Under the pieces are notes generated by a model. It did not search any database. It was not told the DNA's origin and saw nothing but the letters and a program-made list of their open reading frames with translations. This document shows positions 1-12,234 of a stretch of DNA of 64,000 bases, one piece after another. The first letter of the stretch is position 1. Each line of letters opens with the position of its first letter. The position numbers and the translations under genes are program-made. The stretch spans positions 310,001 through 374,000 of the forward strand of contig NW_024055461.1 in assembly GCF_902713615.1 (NCBI RefSeq), in the 5' to 3' direction. This DNA comes from Scyliorhinus canicula. Lineage: Eukaryota.

Positions 1-185
1 TGCCTTACAGCCCCAGGGACCCGGGTTCAATTCCGGCCTTGGTGACTGTGTGGAGTTTGCACTTTCTCCCCGTGTCTGCGTGGGTTTCCACCCGGTGCTC
101 AGGTTTCCTCCCACAGTCTAAAGAAGGGAAAGTTAGGTGGATTTGCCTTGATAAATTGTCCCTTAATATCCAGGCAGGTGCAGGT
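1..185 (+). mobile_element. HE1-type (V-SINE-like, tRNA-derived) SINE, 5'-truncated by the window edge
   Basis: B-box-like gggttcaattcc followed by the conserved body gtgtggagtttgcac.ttctccccgtgtctgcgtgggtttcc...tccggtttcctcccacagtc...gctaaattg.ccctt, which recurs dozens of times in the window on both strands. Confidence 0.75.
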
Positions 186-187
186 TA

Positions 188-618
188 GGGGCTGGTTTAG
201 CTCAGTGGGCTAAATCGCTGGCTTTTAAAGCAGACCAAGCAGGCCAGCAGTATGGTTCGATTCCCGTACCACCCTCCACGGACAGGCGCCGGAATGTGGC
301 GACTAGGGGCTTTTCTTTTTTTTTAATTTTTAGAGTACCCAATTCATTTTTTCCAATTAAGGGGCAATTTAGCGTGTCCAATTCAACTAGCCTACACATA
401 TTTGGATTGTGGGGGCGAAACCCACGCAAACACGGGGAGAACGCGCAAACTCCACACGGACAGCGACCCAGAGCCGGGATCGAAACCGGGACCTTAGCAC
501 CGCGAGGCAGCAGTGCTACTCACTGCGCCACCGTGCTGCCCCGACTAGGGGCTTTTCACAGTGACTTCATTGAAGCCTACTCGTGACAATAAGTGATTTT
601 CATTTCATTTCATTTTCA
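188..618 (+). mobile_element. Second SINE family (ggggctggtttagc...aaagcagaccaag...gactaggggcttttcacagtaacttc...catttca tail), split by a nested SINE
   Basis: The same family recurs at about 25672, 27690(-), 39746, 49756 and 58020(-); this copy is interrupted at 316-541. Confidence 0.7.
316..541 (-). mobile_element. Short poly(A)-tailed HE1-derived SINE nested in the previous SINE, with a 16-bp TSD
   Basis: Perfect direct repeat cgactaggggcttttc at 300-315 and 542-557; T-run (poly-A on the minus strand) at the left end. Confidence 0.8.
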
Positions 619-770
619 GGTTATGTGGGTTAAAGGGGTTACAGGGAGAGGATAGAGCTGTGGGCCTCGGCAGGGTGCCCTTTCAGACGATAGGTGCAGG
701 GTCAATTTGCCGAATGGCCTCTTTCTGCACTGTAGGAATTCTATGGTTCTAATTCTATTCTATGAATCTT

Positions 771-2120
771 TATAAAGCTCTGGTCACCACTCTTCAGGAA
801 GGATGTGAAGGTTCTTGGAGAAGGTGCAGAGGAGATTTACCAGAATGATTCCAGCAAAGGAGGTTGAGGGGAGATTTGATTCACGGACACAAGATTATGC
901 CAGATTTCCATCAGGTGGACAAAGAAACTCTGTTTCCATTCACTGATCGTACAAGCAGCCGGGACACAGATTTAAAGTTTTGGGTAAAACCTGGATTGAA
1001 CTATATCAGATCCTGAGGGGTTTTGACAGGGTGGATGTGGAGAGGATGTTTCCTCCTGTGGGAGAATCTAGAACAAGGGGGTCACTGAAGCAAAATAAGG
1101 GGTCACCCATTGTAGATGGGTGACAGTGCGGAGACTGCACATTTACCCCGTGACTGTGGGTTTCCTTCGGGTGCTCCGGTTTCCTCACACAGTTCAAAGA
1201 TGTACAGGTTAGGTGGATCGGCCATGCTAAATTGCCCCTTTGTCTCCAAGGATTGTGCACATATAAAGCTCTGGTCACCACTCTTCATTGGATTGGATTT
1301 GTTTATTGTAACGTGTACCAAGGTACAGTGAAAGTATTTTTCTGCGATCAGCTCTACAGATCATTAAGTACATGAAAAGAAAAGAAAATACATAATAGGG
1401 CAACTCAAGGTCCATAATGTAACTGCATCAACAGCGGCATCGGATGAAGCATACAAGGGTGTAGTGTTAATCAGGACATGAGGGTCGTTTAGGAGTCTGG
1501 TAACGGCGGGGAAGAAACTGATTTGACTATGTTCGAGCATGTTCATCTTCAGGAAGAATGTGAAGGTTCTTGGAGAAGGTGCAGAGGAGATTTACCAGAA
1601 TGGTTCCAGCAAAGGAGGTTGAGGGAGATTTGATTCAGGGACACAAGATTATGCCAGATTACGCCAGATCGGGTGGACAAAGAAACTCTGTTTCCATTCA
1701 CTGATCGTACAAGCAGTCGGGACACAGATTTCAATTTTTGGGTAAAATCTGGATTGAGCTACACACGATCCTGAGGGGTCCTGACAGGGTGGATGTGGAG
1801 AGGATGTTTCTTCTTGTGGGAGAATTGAGAACAAGGGGGCCACTGTTGCAAAATAAGGGGTCACCCATTTCAGATGGAGATTAGGGGGTTTCTTTTCTCT
1901 TGAAGGTTGCAAGCAGGGATTGGCACAGTGGTTAGCACTGCTGCCTCGCAGCACCAGGGACCCAGGTTCAATTTCAACCCTGGGTGACTGTGTGGAGTTT
2001 GCACATTCTCCTCTTGTCTGTGTGGGTTTCATCGGGGTGCTCTGGTTTCCTCACACAGTTCAAAGATGTGCAAACTCGGTGGATTGGCCATGCTAAATTG
2101 CCTCTTCATCTCCAAGGATG
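771..2120. repeat. Local tandem duplication (~750 bp) of a CR1-like 3' fragment plus an HE1 SINE
   Basis: ttcaggaag.atgtgaaggttcttggagaaggtgcagaggagatttaccagaatg... at about 792 and 1549, each followed by similar SINE sequence. Confidence 0.65.
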
Positions 2121-2592
2121 TGCAGGTTAGGTGGGGTTATGAGGATGGGGTGGGCCGGGGTGCTCTTTGGAGGGTTGGTGCAGACTTGATGGGCCGAATG
2201 GGCTCCTTTTGCAGAGATTCTCTGATTTTGGAACTTCCGCCCTTAAAATGCAGTGGAAGCAGAGTCTTTGAATATTCTTTTAAAAATAAATTTAGAGTGC
2301 CCAATTCAATTTTTCCACTTAGGGGCAAGTTAGCATGGCCAATCCACCTACCTTGCACATCTTTGGGTTGTGAGGGCGAAACCCACCCAAACACAGGGAG
2401 AATGTGCAAACTCCACACAGACAGTGACCCAGAGCCTTGATCGAACCTTGGACCACAGCGCCGTGAGGCAGCAGTGCTAACCACTGCACCACCGTGTTGC
2501 CCTGTCCTTGAATATTTTTAAGGCAGAGATGGATGGATTCTTGATAAGCAAGGGGGTGAAAGGTTATCGGGCCGTCAGGAATGTAGAATTGT

Positions 2593-4658
2593 TGCCGAAA
2601 AGATTTTTGACCAGGTGGAGTGGGACTATTTATGGGAGGTGTTGGGACGGTTTGGGTTTGGAGAAGGCTTTGTAGACTGGGTTAAACTGCTATATCAGGC
2701 CCTGGAGGCTAGTGTAAGGACGAACAGGACGACATCTGAGTATGTTAGACTACACCGCGGGACAAGACAGGGATGCCCCGTCTCTCCACTGCTGTTTGCG
2801 TTGGCCATAGAACCGCTGGCAATTTCTCTGAGAGCGGCAAGGGGATGGAAGGGAATGGTCAGGGGGGGAAATAGAACACAAGGTCTCGCTCTACGCGGAT
2901 GACCTGCTTTTGTATGTGTCAGATCCAGCGGCAGGGATTAATGGGATTATGGAAATCCTAGAGGAGTTTTGCCAGTTTTCAGGCTACAAGTTGAACATGG
3001 CAAAAAGCGAGATGTTTGTGGTGCAGACGAGGAGTCAGGAGAATAGGCTGAGGGAGCTACCATTTTGGCTCGTTGGGGAAAGTTTTAGGTATCTAGTGAT
3101 ACAAGTGCCGCGCGACTGTGGTAAGATGCACAAGTTGAACTTGGCCAGGCTGGTGGAGCAAATGAGGAGCGAGTTCCGGAGGTGGGATGCACTCCCGCTG
3201 TCACTAGCGGGGAGAGTACAGACGGGGAAGATGATGATCCTCCCGAGATTCCTGTTTATTTATCAGTGTCTCCCTATTTTCATTCCGCGGTCCTTCTTTA
3301 AAAGAATCAATAAAATTATCCTGGGATGTGTTTGGGCGGGGAGTCCCCACGGGTAAAGAGGGGGATGCTGGAATGAACTGTAGCGAGGGGGGGCTGGCAT
3401 TACCGAACATCAGCAACTACTGAGCGGCTAACATAGCCATGATAAGGAAATGGATGGTGGGTACGGGGTCGGTTTGGGAGCAGGTGGAGGCTGCTTCGTG
3501 CAGGGGCACCAGCTTGGCAGCCCTGGTCACGGCTCCCCTGCCGTTCCTGCCGGCACGGTACTCCACCAGCCCTATAGTGGTGTGGGCTTTGCGGATTTGG
3601 GGCCAATGGAGGAAGCATGCGGGGGAGGTGGGAGCGTTGGTCTGGTCCCCAAAATGTGACAACCACCGATTTGTCCCGGGGAAGATGGATGGCGGGTTTC
3701 GAGCGTGGCGGAGGTGGGAAGGATGGGCGACTTGTTCCTGGAAGGGAGCTTCGCGAACATGAGGGCGCTGGAGGAGAAGTTCGGATTGGCGAGGGGGAAT
3801 GACTTTCGATACTTCGTACGTAGACAGGTCCCGTCCTTTCTACGCCTTCCACTAAGGGGGATCCAGGACAGGATAATTTCCAGGGGTGAGGTCGGAGAGG
3901 AGAAAGTCTCAGATATTTATAAGGAGCTTATGGGAGCGGAGGACACAGGGACCGAGGAACTGAAACTTAAGTGGGTGGAGGAGCTTGGTGGAGAGTTGGA
4001 GGGAGGCGTATGGGCAGACGCTCTGAGGAGGGTAAATGCAACCACAACATGTGCCTGATTCAGTTCAAGGTGGTTCACCGGGCCCACATGACGGTGGCAA
4101 GGATGAGCAAATTCTTTGGGCTGGAGGACAAGTGTGCTAGATGTGGGGGGGGGGGAGCAGCGAACCATGTCCACGTGTTCTGGGTGTGTCCAAAACTCAG
4201 GGGATACTGGCAGGGATTTGCGGACGTCATATCCCGGATACTGAAATCAAGGGTGGTGATGAGTCCAGAGGCGGCGATTTTTGGGTGTCGGAAGACCCGG
4301 GAGTCCAGGAGAGGATAGAGGCCGACGTTGTGGCCTTTGCATCCCTGATAGCCCGGCGACGAATACTGTTGGCCTGGAGGGACTCAAAGCCCCCAAGGAC
4401 CGAAGTATGGCTGTCGGACATGGCAAGCTTTCTCGGCTTGGAAAAAACCATTCATCGACTTCTTTGCGGGGAACTGATCGTCAGCGGGGGGTGGGGGTAG
4501 AATAGTGTAGAGTAGGGGGGAAGAATAGGCGGGTCTATTTGCGAGAGTGGTACTGTTATTGGCACTATGTTTTTTGTAATTGGTATCTGCACACTAATGT
4601 ATATTGTTACGGTTTACAATGCCAAAAATACCTCAATAAAACTGTCTGTTTAAAAAAA
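2593..4658 (+). mobile_element. 5'-truncated L1/Tx1-clade LINE (ORF2 RT and C-terminal Cys-rich region, frameshifted)
   Basis: RT motifs EWDYLWEVLGRFGFG, RGTRQGCPVSPLLFALAIEPLA, YADDLLLY and FSGYKLNMAKSE; C-terminal FKVVHRAHMT...KCARC...HVFWVCP; AATAAA plus A-tail at about 4635-4658; 15-bp TSD ggaatgtag(a/g)attgt at 2578-2592 and 4659-4673. Confidence 0.85.
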
Positions 4659-5232
4659 GGAATGTAGGATTGTATGTAAGGAGCAGACTCGAGGGGTCAA
4701 CTATTTGTTTCAGAGACCCCAAAATCTTTTTTACTGTCCTAATGATTTTCCAGAGACACAGGCATGAATCTCACCAAGGCAGAAGGTAAAATTTTAATTC
4801 ATTGGAAGTCTGCTGATGACCGTGATGGCATGCGCTGCGAGCCTGGACCGGATGGCAACTCTCCCGGATTGACTGACTGGAGTCTCCAGGATTTTATTTT
4901 AATCATTTGTGGGAGTCACTGGCTGCGCCAATATTTATTGCCCATCCCTAATTTCCCTTAAACTGAGTGGCTTGCTCAGCCAATTGTTATAAAGACCCAT
5001 CTGGTTCACTCATGTCCTTCAGTGAAGGAAATCTTCTATCCTTACCTGGTCTGGCCTACATGTGACTCCAGATCCACAGTCAGCTGGTTGACCCTTGAAA
5101 TGCTGTCTGAGATGCTCTCAGTTCAAGGGCAATTAGGGATGGGCAGTGAATGCTGGCCCAGCCAGCAACACCCACATCCCGTGAATGAACAGAAAAGAAA
5201 ATCTGCCGTTCTTACCTGGTCTGGCCGACATG

Positions 5233-5530
5233 AACATAGAGTGCAGAAGGAGGCCATTCGGCCCATCGAGTCTGCACCGACCCACTTAAGCCCTCATTTC
5301 TACCCTATCCCCGTAACCCAATAACCCCTCCTAACCTTTTTGGACAATAAGGGCAATTTAGCATGGCCAATCCACCTAACATGCACATCTTGGACAGTAG
5401 GAGGAAACCGGAGCACCCGGAGGAAACCCACGTAGACACGGGGAGAACGTGCAGACTCCACACAGGCAGTGACCCAGCGGGGAATCAAACCTGGGACTCT
5501 GGTGCTGTGAAGCCACAGTGCTATCCACTT
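5233..5530 (-). mobile_element. Full-length HE1-type SINE with the CR1(HER1)-like 3' tail
   Basis: Reverse complement of the SINE body plus the tail catagagtgcagaaggaggccattcggcccatcgagtctgcacc, shared with other copies (about 18820, 19770, 24770). Confidence 0.7.
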
Positions 5531-6589
5531 CTGCTACCCAATCCATTCTCTTATTTCCACTCGACCCAACTATCCTAACGCACCCTCAGATGACCTCCCA
5601 CATTCAACCTCCCTGTAATATTGAGTTAATCCAGTGGATTAGTGACCTATAAAATTTCCCATTTAAGAAGCACCTTTTCCTCCAGGGTTGTGTCTCCCTA
5701 TCTCTGTCATCTCATCCAGCCACCGAGATGTTTGCTCTCATCTCATTCTGGACTCAGACTGAGATAGACAATTGCTAATCAGGAAGGGGATCAAGGGAAT
5801 TATGGGGATAAAACGGGAAAGTGGAATTGAGGATATCATATCAGCCACCATTTCATGGAATGGCAGGGCAGACTCGATGGGCTGAATGGCCTACTTTGCT
5901 CTATATCTTACATGTTATGGTCATGAGCATTCTCAATATTTTTTGCTTTTTAAAAAATAAATTTAGAGTACCCAATTCATTTTTTCCAATTAAAGGGCAA
6001 TTTAGCGTGGCCAATTCACCAAAGATGGGTTGTGGAGGCGAAACCCAAGCAAACACGGGGAGAATGTGTAAACTCTATACAGACAGTGACCCAGAGCCGG
6101 GATCGAACCTGGGACCTCGGCGCTGTGAGGCAGCAGGGCTAACCCACTGGGCCACAATGCTGTACTTAGCATTTGCAATATTAATGACTATGACTGGTGC
6201 TTGTTTTTTCAGTTGCCTGAGAGCCAAGCTGTGGAAATTCTTCCTTAAACCTCTCCTGCTCACTCCTTCACTTTCCTATTTTCAGAATCTCCTTAAAACC
6301 TACTTTGTATACAAGCTTTTGTCCACCTGCTCTGATATCTCCCTGTATGGCTCAGTGTCAAATGTTGCTGAGAATTGGGCGACACCTCATTTAAAAAATG
6401 CATCAAATTGGGGCATGTTTCTCGCTTTCAAATCCACATGTTGTATAATTACTCTCGGTGGCTGAGGCTGCACCAGGATGTCCATCACCACCTGAACCAG
6501 TGTCGCCTCTGCGTCCACCTGAATCCAGCTCTGAGAACAGAAAGGTCCCAAAGGAGACTCACCCCTGGTCACCGGAACCCTGAGGCCCC

Positions 6590-6960
6590 GCCCACACTGC
6601 GTCACAAAACTGCGCATGCGCTTCACTCCCCACTGATCCAAGGTGGCGGCCGGTCACATGGGCCTGTTCCTGGGGAAAAGCCTGGGTGTTACAAACCCGG
6701 GGCCTCCAGGTTCCTATTGAAGTTGTGAGACCTGCACAGGGTGTTTATGAAGCCTCGGCTCCCTCCCCACCCCCACTCCCGGCTCCATTCCTCCCTCTGG
6801 CCCACCGACTCTCACCAGTTCAGAAAAGCGTCTCCCGCACGCACAGGGCCCCGAGCAAAGTGACACTGCGCATGCTCCACATACAGCCCGGCATTGCGCC
6901 TGCGCGGTAGGCTCCTGTGGCGTGAGTAGGGCGCTTGCACATACGCAGGGACTACTGGGT
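6590..6960. promoter_or_regulatory. CpG-rich promoter-like island with NRF1-type motifs, probably bidirectional
   Basis: TGCGCATGCGC at 6611-6621, TGCGCATGC at 6867-6875, TGCGCCTGCGC at 6895-6905; plus-strand donor gtgagt at 6922 and minus-strand donor-like sites (ctcac) at about 6557 and 6792. Confidence 0.5.
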
Positions 6961-7537
6961 AATTACAGCGCCATTGAACTATGAAACTGCAGAGAAAATA
7001 AATTTGTTACCCAATTGAGATCAATTGCTTTTCAAAAAAAAAATCACACCCATTTTTGTGAATAGGTGCTTGCTTATTTCTATACATTTTTCCAATTAAA
7101 GGGCAATTTAACGTGGCCAATCCACTTACCCTACATATATTCTTGGGATGTGGGGATACGACCCATGCAGACACTGGAAGAATGAGACCCGGGGCCGGGA
7201 TTGAACCCAGGATCTCAGAACCATGAGGCAGCATACTAACTACCGCACCACCATTCCGTCGCAGTGCTCTCTTATATTTCATTTCTGGGAATAAGGTGAG
7301 GTTTTAAAAGTTTCCAACCTCGCTTTCATCTCCCCGGATTCTATTTGGACTGATCCCTGTCCCAGAATCATTGCTATCCCTCTCTTTTTCTCTCTATTCC
7401 CTGATATTGACTGTTCATTCCATTACAGATGGAAATCATGTGGCTCTTTATCCCTGTGCTGGCTCTTTGGACATTCAATCCAATTACACACGCCAGGCGG
7501 CACTGTCACAACAATATCGATCTGATATATCAGAATT

Positions 7538-7654
7538 GGAGATGCCAGCGTTGGACTGGGGTGGGCACAGTAAGAAGTCTTACAACACCAGGTTAAAGTC
7601 CAACAGGTTTAGTTGGAGTCACTAGTTTTCAGAGCGCAGCTCCTTCATCAGGGC
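7538..7654 (-). mobile_element. Penelope-type terminal-repeat fragment carrying a minimal hammerhead-like motif
   Basis: ggagatgcc.gcgttggactgggg...caccaggttaaagtccaacagg repeat, also at about 17080 and 58380; the minus strand reads CTGATGA-A-GGAGCTGCGCTCT-GAAA at 7651-7627. Confidence 0.5.
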
Positions 7655-7689
7655 AAAAGGTGAATGGAGAAGGTCTTCCAACATATCAG

Positions 7690-9326
7690 ATCTAAGATCT
7701 GCAGTCCTACGACATCGAATCTTGAATTGTGGTGCAATTAAACAACTCACTGGAGGAGGAGGCTCCACAAATATCCCCATCCTCAATATTGGAGGAACCC
7801 AGCACATTTCTGCAAAAGACAAGGCTGAAACATTCACAATAATCTTCAGCCAAAAGTGCCGAGTGGGTGATCCGGCTTGGTCTCCTCCAGAGGTCCCCAA
7901 GATCACAGATGCCACTCTTCAGCCAATTTGTTTCACCTCACGTAATGTCAAGAAATGGCTGAAGACAGTGGATACCGCAGAGACATCATTCTGGCAATAA
8001 ACTGAAGACTTATGCCATACCCCTAACCAAGCTGTTCTAATAAAGCTAGAACACTGGCATCTACCCGGCAACTGGAGGGTAGCACTGTTGCTTTACAGCA
8101 CCAGGGTCTCAGGTTCAATTCCTGGCTTGGGTCACTGTCTGTGCAGAGTCTGCACGTTCTCCCCGTCGCTGCGTGGGTTTCTTCCGGGTGTTCTGGTTTC
8201 CTTGCTTAAAAGTTCCAAAAGATGTGCTGTTAGGTCATTTGGACATTCTGAATTCTCCCTCTGTGTACCTGAATAGGCGCCGGAGTGCGGCGACTGGTGG
8301 CTTTTCACAGTAACTTCATTGCAGTGTTAATGTCAGACTACTTATTATTACGTGTGGAAAATTGCCCAGGCGTGTCCTGTACACAAAAAGGACAAATCCA
8401 ACCCAGCCAATTGCCACCAAATCAGTCTAGTCTTAATCTCATCAGTAAAGTGATGGAAGGGGTCATCAACAGCGCTATGAAGCGGCACCTACTTAGCAAC
8501 AACCTGCTCTCTGCTGGTTGGAGTCATACCTGGCACAAAGGAAGATGGTGTGATGGTTGGAGGTCAGTCATCTCAGTCTCGGGACATCACTGCAGGAGTT
8601 CCTCAGGACAGTGTCCTAGGCCCAACGCTCTTCAGCTGCTTCATCAATGATCTGCCTTCATCATAAGGTCAGAAGTGGGAATGTTTGTGGGTGACTGCAC
8701 AATATTCAGCACATTCCCCACTCCTCAGACACTGAAGCAAACCTTGTCCAAATGCAGCAAGACCTGGGCAATATACAAGCTTGGGCTGACAAATGACAAA
8801 CAACATTCGCACCACAGAAATGCCGGGCAATGATCATCGGCCATATGTAAGAATCAAACAATTGCCCCTTGACTTTCAATGGCATTACTATCACTGAATC
8901 CACCACAATCAACATCCTGGGGGTGACCATTGATCACAAACTGAACTGGACTAGCCATATAAATACTGTGGCTACAAAAACAAGCCAGAGGCTAGGAATC
9001 CTGCGGTGAGTAACTCACCTCCTGACTCCCCAAAGCCTGCCCACCATCTACAAGGCACAAGTCATGAGTGTGATGGAATACTCATTACTTCCCTGGATGA
9101 GTGCAGCTCCAACTACACTCAAGAAACTCGCCGCCATCCAGGACAAAGCAGCCATTTGATTGGCACCCTCCCCACAAATATTCACTTCCTCCACCACTGA
9201 CACAGAGTGGCAGCAGTGTGTACCATCTACAAGATGCTCTGCAGGAACTCACCAAGGCTCCTTCGACAGCACTTTCCAAACCCATGACTGCTATGATCGA
9301 GAAGGGCAAGGGCAGCATATACCTGA
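7690..9326 (+). mobile_element. Decayed CR1/L2-type LINE RT fragment, with an HE1 SINE inserted at about 8068-8350
   Basis: Fragments read IKQLTGGGGSTNIPIL, DKSNPAN..P.SL and GVPQDSVLGPTLFSCFINDLP; many stops and frameshifts; same family at about 48870-49740. Confidence 0.7.
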
Positions 9327-10112
9327 CAAACAGAGGTCATAGCCAAGCTGAATCTAGAACAATGCCAAGGACTTCCATCTTCTTCTGTCAGGAAAAAGAT
9401 ACTAAAGTTTGAGGCAGTCTCTCCTTCCTTCCCTATGTACGGTATGCATTGTTTGTACAGTATGTAAGAAACAATACTTTTCACTGTATACTAATACATG
9501 TGACAATAATAAATCAAATCAAAGACAAATAGAGGTTATAGCCAAGGAGAATCTAGAACCATGCCAGGGGCAAACAGAGGTTACAGCCAAGGAGTATCTA
9601 GAGCAATGCTCTGGAAAAACAGAGGCTATTGCCAAGGAGAATCTTGAACAATGCCTGGGACAAACAGAGGTCACAGACAAGGAGAATCAAGAGCATTTCT
9701 TTTTTTCAATTTAGAGTACCCAATTCGATTTTTTTTCCAATTCAGGAGCAATTTAGCCTGGCCAATCCACCTATCCTGCACATCTTTGGGTTGTGGGGGC
9801 GAAACCCATGCAAACACGGGAAGAATGTGCGAACTCCAATGGACAGTGACCCAGAGCCGGGATCAAACCTGGGACCTCGGCGCCGTGAGACAGCAGGGCT
9901 AGCCCACTGCGCCACCGTGCTGCCCGAGAATCGAGCGCAATGCCAGGGACAAACAGAGGTCACAGCCAAGGTGAATCTAGAGAAATGTCAGGAACAAACA
10001 GAGGTCACAGCCAAGGTGAATCTAGAGAAATGTCAGGAACAAACAGAGGTCACAGCCAAGGTGAAACTAGAACAATGCCAGGGACAAACAGAGGTCACAG
10101 CAAAGGCGAATC
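9326..10112. repeat. 45-bp minisatellite (caaacagaggtcacagccaaggagaatctagaacaatgccaggga), about 9 units, interrupted by two insertions
   Basis: Units at about 9330, 9530-9680 and 9925-10110; an L2-type 3' end at about 9370-9525 and a short SINE at about 9690-9925 interrupt the array. Confidence 0.8.
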
Positions 10113-12234
10113 TAGCGTTGGACAGGGTGGATGCAGGAAGGACGTTTCTCCTGGCTGGGGGTTCGCTGGTGCATCAGCAGGTCCTTTGTAGTTTTAAAGC
10201 TCTTCTCACGGTCAGAACATTTATCATAGAATCCCTACAGTGCAGAAGGAGGCCATTCGGTGAGGCAGTGGCCAGTGGAATTGTTCCTGGATTCATAATG
10301 CAGGGGCCCCATGGTAATGTTCTGGGGACCGGTGTTCGAAACCCACTAAGGCATTTGGTGAAATTTGAATTCAATAAAATCTGTTACTAAAAGTTTAAGA
10401 ATGACCCTGAAATGATTGTCGTACTGGTTCACTAATCCCCTTTAAAGAAGGAAATCTGCCACCCTCACTTGATCTGGCCTACATGTGACTCCAGATCCAC
10501 AGCAATGTGATGTCCTCAGGGATACCCTATCAGCAATGGAATCATCCCATGAGTAAATTTTAAAATGTACTTAAATCATATAATTGCCGGAAAATGGGAT
10601 TAGTGTACTTAGATGGTTATTTTTGACCAACGCAGATGTGAAGGGTGGAAGGGACTTTTCTGTGCTATAGACCTCAATGACTCTATTATCAGGCAGGCTG
10701 CACAACGGGGCTCACACTCTTAGCTACTGCATTTCGTTTTACTCTCACCTGGAACTTGGTACTGTGGTTAGTTTGTTCCTCCATCATGCTGCTGTCCACA
10801 AAGCTTTCAAGAAGTTTGAACTTGTTGGACAATTGCAAACTCCTCCAGTGCTACCTTCTAGATACACATTCCTGCTTCACTAGTAATCACAACCCACAAT
10901 GATACGGTTACCCAGCATTCACCAAGAATGTGAATATGCCTTATCATTACTACAAATGTCGTTGTACAGGTGCAGTGCCTCTCTTACTGGAGTATGCCTA
11001 GTGCGGTCACATGGTGGCACAGTGGTTAGCATAGCTGCCTCACACTGCCAGGCACCCGGGTTCGATTCTGAACTCAGGTGCCTGTCTGTGTGGAGTTTAC
11101 ACTTTCTCCCCATGTCTGCATGGTACTTTGGTTTCCTCTCACAATCCAAAGATAATAATTATAATAATAATCACTTATTCTCACAAGTCCGCTTCAGTGA
11201 AGTTACTATGAAAAGCACCTAGTCGCCACATTCTGGCACCTGTTCGGGGAGGCCGGTACAGGAATTGAACCCATGCTGCTGCCTTGTCCTGCATTACAAA
11301 CCAGCTGTTTAGCCCACTATGCTAAATCAGTCCCAGATTTGCATGTTATGTGGATTGGCTATGCTAAATTGGCCCTAGGTGGGATTACGGGGATAGTGTG
11401 GGATTTGGGCAGAGGTATTATTCTCTTTCAGAGCGGCAGTGCAGACTCAATGGGCCAAATAGCCTCCTGTAGGATTCTATGATCCTCCTAACCCTGACTA
11501 GACACTAAATCATAAATTATGTAATTTAAGACTTTCTGGATAAAATTATCCAGGAAACTTTCTGCTTCCCCAATGCAGTTTAATTTCTATAGTTCAGGCT
11601 ACAGCTCAACTCTGAGCTGACATTCCTGGTGCTGCATTTACTGCAGATGCCATTGCTGTGAATCATATTAATGCCCACCAGTTTCTACATGCTAAAGCTG
11701 TGACACATCACTTCAATTCAAGTTTTGACCTGGAAGTTGCACAAATTCTGAAGTATTTGCATCATTTTCTATTTGTATTTCATATTTATTGTATCCGCAG
11801 TATTTTGCTTTTGTTTAACCATGGAACTTCATATATGCAAATAGATTTATTCCATTTCTCTACCTGTTAACACTTGAGCTTTGAAAGTCCAAAGCAATTA
11901 ATATACAGTCACTGCTTATGAGTGCGAAGGCGACGATTTAATATTCTCTTTGTGAGAAAAGAGACATCTGTTCACATTATCTGCTAAGGTTCAAATGAGT
12001 TGGCATCTGACATTTGTTTTTTACTGCTTTTAATCAAATCCAGGCTAGAACTATGGAGCGGATCCCATTCACTGGGATGCTGTATCAGCTTACTTAATTT
12101 TTTTTATATCTATCTCTGAAATCCTAATCGGTGACGGATGATTTTATATTGGACAATGCGGCTTGCCCATGGAGATGCAGTTACCCAGCATTTACCGAGA
12201 GTAAATTATGCCCCATCTTCAATACAGAAGTATT

